A DNA stretch of 29,733 nt from Promethearchaeota archaeon (GTDB lineage: Archaea > Asgardarchaeota > Lokiarchaeia > Sigyniarchaeales > SOKP01): contig JBHLNS010000040.1 in assembly GCA_048941285.1 (NCBI GenBank), positions 1 to 29,733 of the forward strand, written 5' to 3'. A program made the position numbers and the translations under genes. Below the pieces are notes generated by a model. The model worked only from the letters and a program-made list of their open reading frames with translations, was not told where the DNA came from and made no database searches. Below are positions 27,544-29,733 of this stretch, piece after piece; position 1 is the first letter of the stretch, and every line of letters begins with the position of its first letter.

Positions 27544-29733
27544 TTGGAAAAAAGAGGCGCAAAAGTAAAAATTGATGAATATAAAGGTCCACTTGGAACG
27601 ATTAAAGGATTTGAATTAACTACAGGTAAGATTTCTTATGGAGATGAGACAGAATGGGAGCCTATGGGTCCCACGCCACAACCACATATACCTACATTGC
27701 GTAGTTGGTTTTTCAAATTAATGGAAAGATATAAGCCATTTTATATGCCAATTTGTGATATGTGTTGCTTATGTACATATGGGAAATGTAATCTTTCTAA
27801 AGGCCGAACTGGTGCTTGTGGAATCAATATGGAAACTCAACAGAGCAGAATAGTAGAAATTGCTTGTTGTATAGGAGCAGCATGCCATTCAGCACATGGT
27901 GATCATTTACTTCATTGGTTAAAAGAAAAATACGGAAATATTCCTATTAATTTTGGCAATAATATTGCTGTTGAGATGCCTCATACACGATTAGTTGTTG
28001 GTATGAAGCCCGAAACTTTAGAAGATTTAGAAACAGCAATGGAATGGGTACACTTTACAATCACACATTTATTAGCTGCAGGGCATACAGGGCAAGAAAG
28101 TTCTTATTTAGATTATGAAGCCAAGAGTTTTTTAGCAGGTTTAGCGGATTCAGTAGGGATGGAAATATCTGATGCCGTTCAAATAGCCGCATATGGGTTT
28201 CCTATGGGAGATCCCAATGTTCCCATTGTAGAACTTGGTATGGGAACACTTGATACGGAAAAGGCGGTTATATTAATGATTGGTCATAATGTTGCACCTG
28301 GGGTTGAATTAGTTGATTACATGAGAGAAAAAGGATTAGAAGATAAACTTGATGTAGGAGCTATTTGTTGTACTAGTCATGATTTAACACGCTACTATGA
28401 CGGAGCTAAAATTGTAGGTTCAATGTCAAGACAACTTCATGTTATTAGATCAGGTATACCCGATGTTGTTATGGTTGATGAACAATGTGTAAATCTAAGA
28501 ACGTTTGAACAAGCTCAATTAATTGGTGCACCATATATTGCCACCAATGAGAAAATAATGGCAGGACTTCCTGATCGAACTGCTGACGCTGTTAATGAGA
28601 TAGTAGAAGATTTAGTTAGTGGGAAAGAACCGGGTGTCCTTATATTAGATCCAATTAAAGCAGGAGAAGTTGCGGCAGAAACTGCCATAAAAGTAAAACC
28701 AATTAGAAATGCAAAAAGCGGAATTCCTAATGAACAGGGTTGTATTAACATGGCTATGAATTGTAATGGATGTGGAAATTGCCAACGAAATTGTCCAAAC
28801 GACTTACCCCTTGTAGAGGGTGTAAAGTTGGTTAAAGATGGAGACTTTTCTGTATTAGCGGGTGTATTTGATGAATGTTTGGGATGCGGACGATGTGAAG
28901 GGGATTGTATGAAAAATGTATCACCTCTCACTCTAATCCAATATGCTGGCAGAGAATACATTAGAAATGAGAAATTCAATTGTCGAGCTGGACGTGGACC
29001 TATAATGGACACTGAAATCAGAAACGTAGGAGCACCTATAGTCTTAGGAGAAATTCCAGGAATAGTTGCGATTATTGGATGTGCGAGTTATGCTCATGAG
29101 ATTCAAGAATTATATAAAATGGCAGAAGAATTCTTAATAAGAAATTATATTGTAGTGGTATCTGGTTGTGGAGCTATGGATATTGGTTTAGTTAAGGATG
29201 AAGAAGGTAAAACTTTATATGATCGGTTTCCAGGCGATTTCGATCGAGGAGGTTTAGTTAATGTTGGGTCATGCGTTTCTAATCCTCATATTACTGGTGC
29301 CGCAATTAAAGTTGCTAATATTTTTGCAAGACGTCCATTACGGGGAAATTTCGAAGAAATCGCAGATTATATCTTAAATAGGGTTGGTGCTGTTGGAGTA
29401 GCTTGGGGTGCGATGTCACAAAAGGCTGCTAGCATAGCAAGCATGGCTAATGGTCTAGGTATTCCAGCAGTAGTTGGACCCCATGCTGCTGAATATCGAC
29501 GAATGTATATTGGAAGGTCAGATGATGAAGATACTTGGGAAGTTTTCAATGCTAGAGATGGATCAGAAGGACACATTGTAGGTCCTGGACCAGAACATCT
29601 ATTAACTACCGCAGAAAGCATTGAACAAGCTATCTGTTTAGTTGCGAAAATGGCATTAAGACCTGCAGATAACTCTAAGGGACGAATGATAAAATTATCT
29701 CATTGGATCGATTTAGAACGAAAATATAAGGGA
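27544..29733 (+). CDS. cdhA: CO dehydrogenase/acetyl-CoA synthase complex subunit alpha (3'-truncated)
   Basis: Absent from the ORF track because it runs off the window end. Translation from TTG 27544 gives WEPMGPTP, CDMCCLCTYGKC, GACG, GHN, ICCT, DEQC, two CxxCxxCxxxC ferredoxin motifs, GSCVSN and WGAMSQKAA. Open for 730 codons. Confidence 0.95.
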   Translation, partial: MEKRGAKVKIDEYKGPLGTIKGFELTTGKISYGDETEWEPMGPTPQPHIPTLRSWFFKLMERYKPFYMPICDMCCLCTYGKCNLSKGRTGACGINMETQQSRIVEIACCIGAACHSAHGDHLLHWLKEKYGNIPINFGNNIAVEMPHTRLVVGMKPETLEDLETAMEWVHFTITHLLAAGHTGQESSYLDYEAKSFLAGLADSVGMEISDAVQIAAYGFPMGDPNVPIVELGMGTLDTEKAVILMIGHNVAPGVELVDYMREKGLEDKLDVGAICCTSHDLTRYYDGAKIVGSMSRQLHVIRSGIPDVVMVDEQCVNLRTFEQAQLIGAPYIATNEKIMAGLPDRTADAVNEIVEDLVSGKEPGVLILDPIKAGEVAAETAIKVKPIRNAKSGIPNEQGCINMAMNCNGCGNCQRNCPNDLPLVEGVKLVKDGDFSVLAGVFDECLGCGRCEGDCMKNVSPLTLIQYAGREYIRNEKFNCRAGRGPIMDTEIRNVGAPIVLGEIPGIVAIIGCASYAHEIQELYKMAEEFLIRNYIVVVSGCGAMDIGLVKDEEGKTLYDRFPGDFDRGGLVNVGSCVSNPHITGAAIKVANIFARRPLRGNFEEIADYILNRVGAVGVAWGAMSQKAASIASMANGLGIPAVVGPHAAEYRRMYIGRSDDEDTWEVFNARDGSEGHIVGPGPEHLLTTAESIEQAICLVAKMALRPADNSKGRMIKLSHWIDLERKYKG

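Noticed and set aside
516-29621. Short ORFs in the track at 516-734, 1449-1739, 3557-3790, 6403-6705, 7064-7288, 9132-9434, 21232-21498, 23520-23783, 28515-29012 and 29367-29621
   Set aside because: All lie antisense to longer, better-supported genes (the last two inside cdhA) and show no recognisable motifs; they are shadow ORFs.

Overview
AT-rich archaeal chromosomal window, most likely from an Asgard archaeon of the Lokiarchaeia type. This is inferred from RadA, EndA and CdhA together with a small GTPase carrying an N-terminal extension and a stand-alone V4R protein. It encodes a 5'-truncated, divergent A/V-ATPase subunit A, a tRNA splicing endonuclease, a MEMO-family protein, a coiled-coil protein, a PfkB kinase, three tandem OsmC-fold paralogs, RadA and two tandem DppB/OppB permeases. 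It also holds a dispersed glycogen/nucleotide-sugar gene set (degenerate PGM-like protein, GH57 branching enzyme, NDP-sugar pyrophosphorylase, GalT-like protein), an M24 peptidase, an orphan TrpB2, an HD hydrolase, an RHH regulator, a D-2-hydroxyacid dehydrogenase and a 3'-truncated CODH/ACS alpha subunit. Two signals stand out. (1) An unannotated 16-codon leader peptide with four Trp codons (MVAVRTLSWQWPWQWQ), an overlapping hairpin and a U-rich tract lies directly upstream of trpB2, a candidate ribosome-mediated tryptophan attenuator in an archaeon. (2) The GH57 gene is interrupted near its 5' end by a 30-nt, in-frame, stop-containing insert with matched repeats 30 nt apart and an internal hairpin, a candidate for translational bypassing, a micro-intron or an excisable element. 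All assignments come from motif recognition by eye; no database searches were run.
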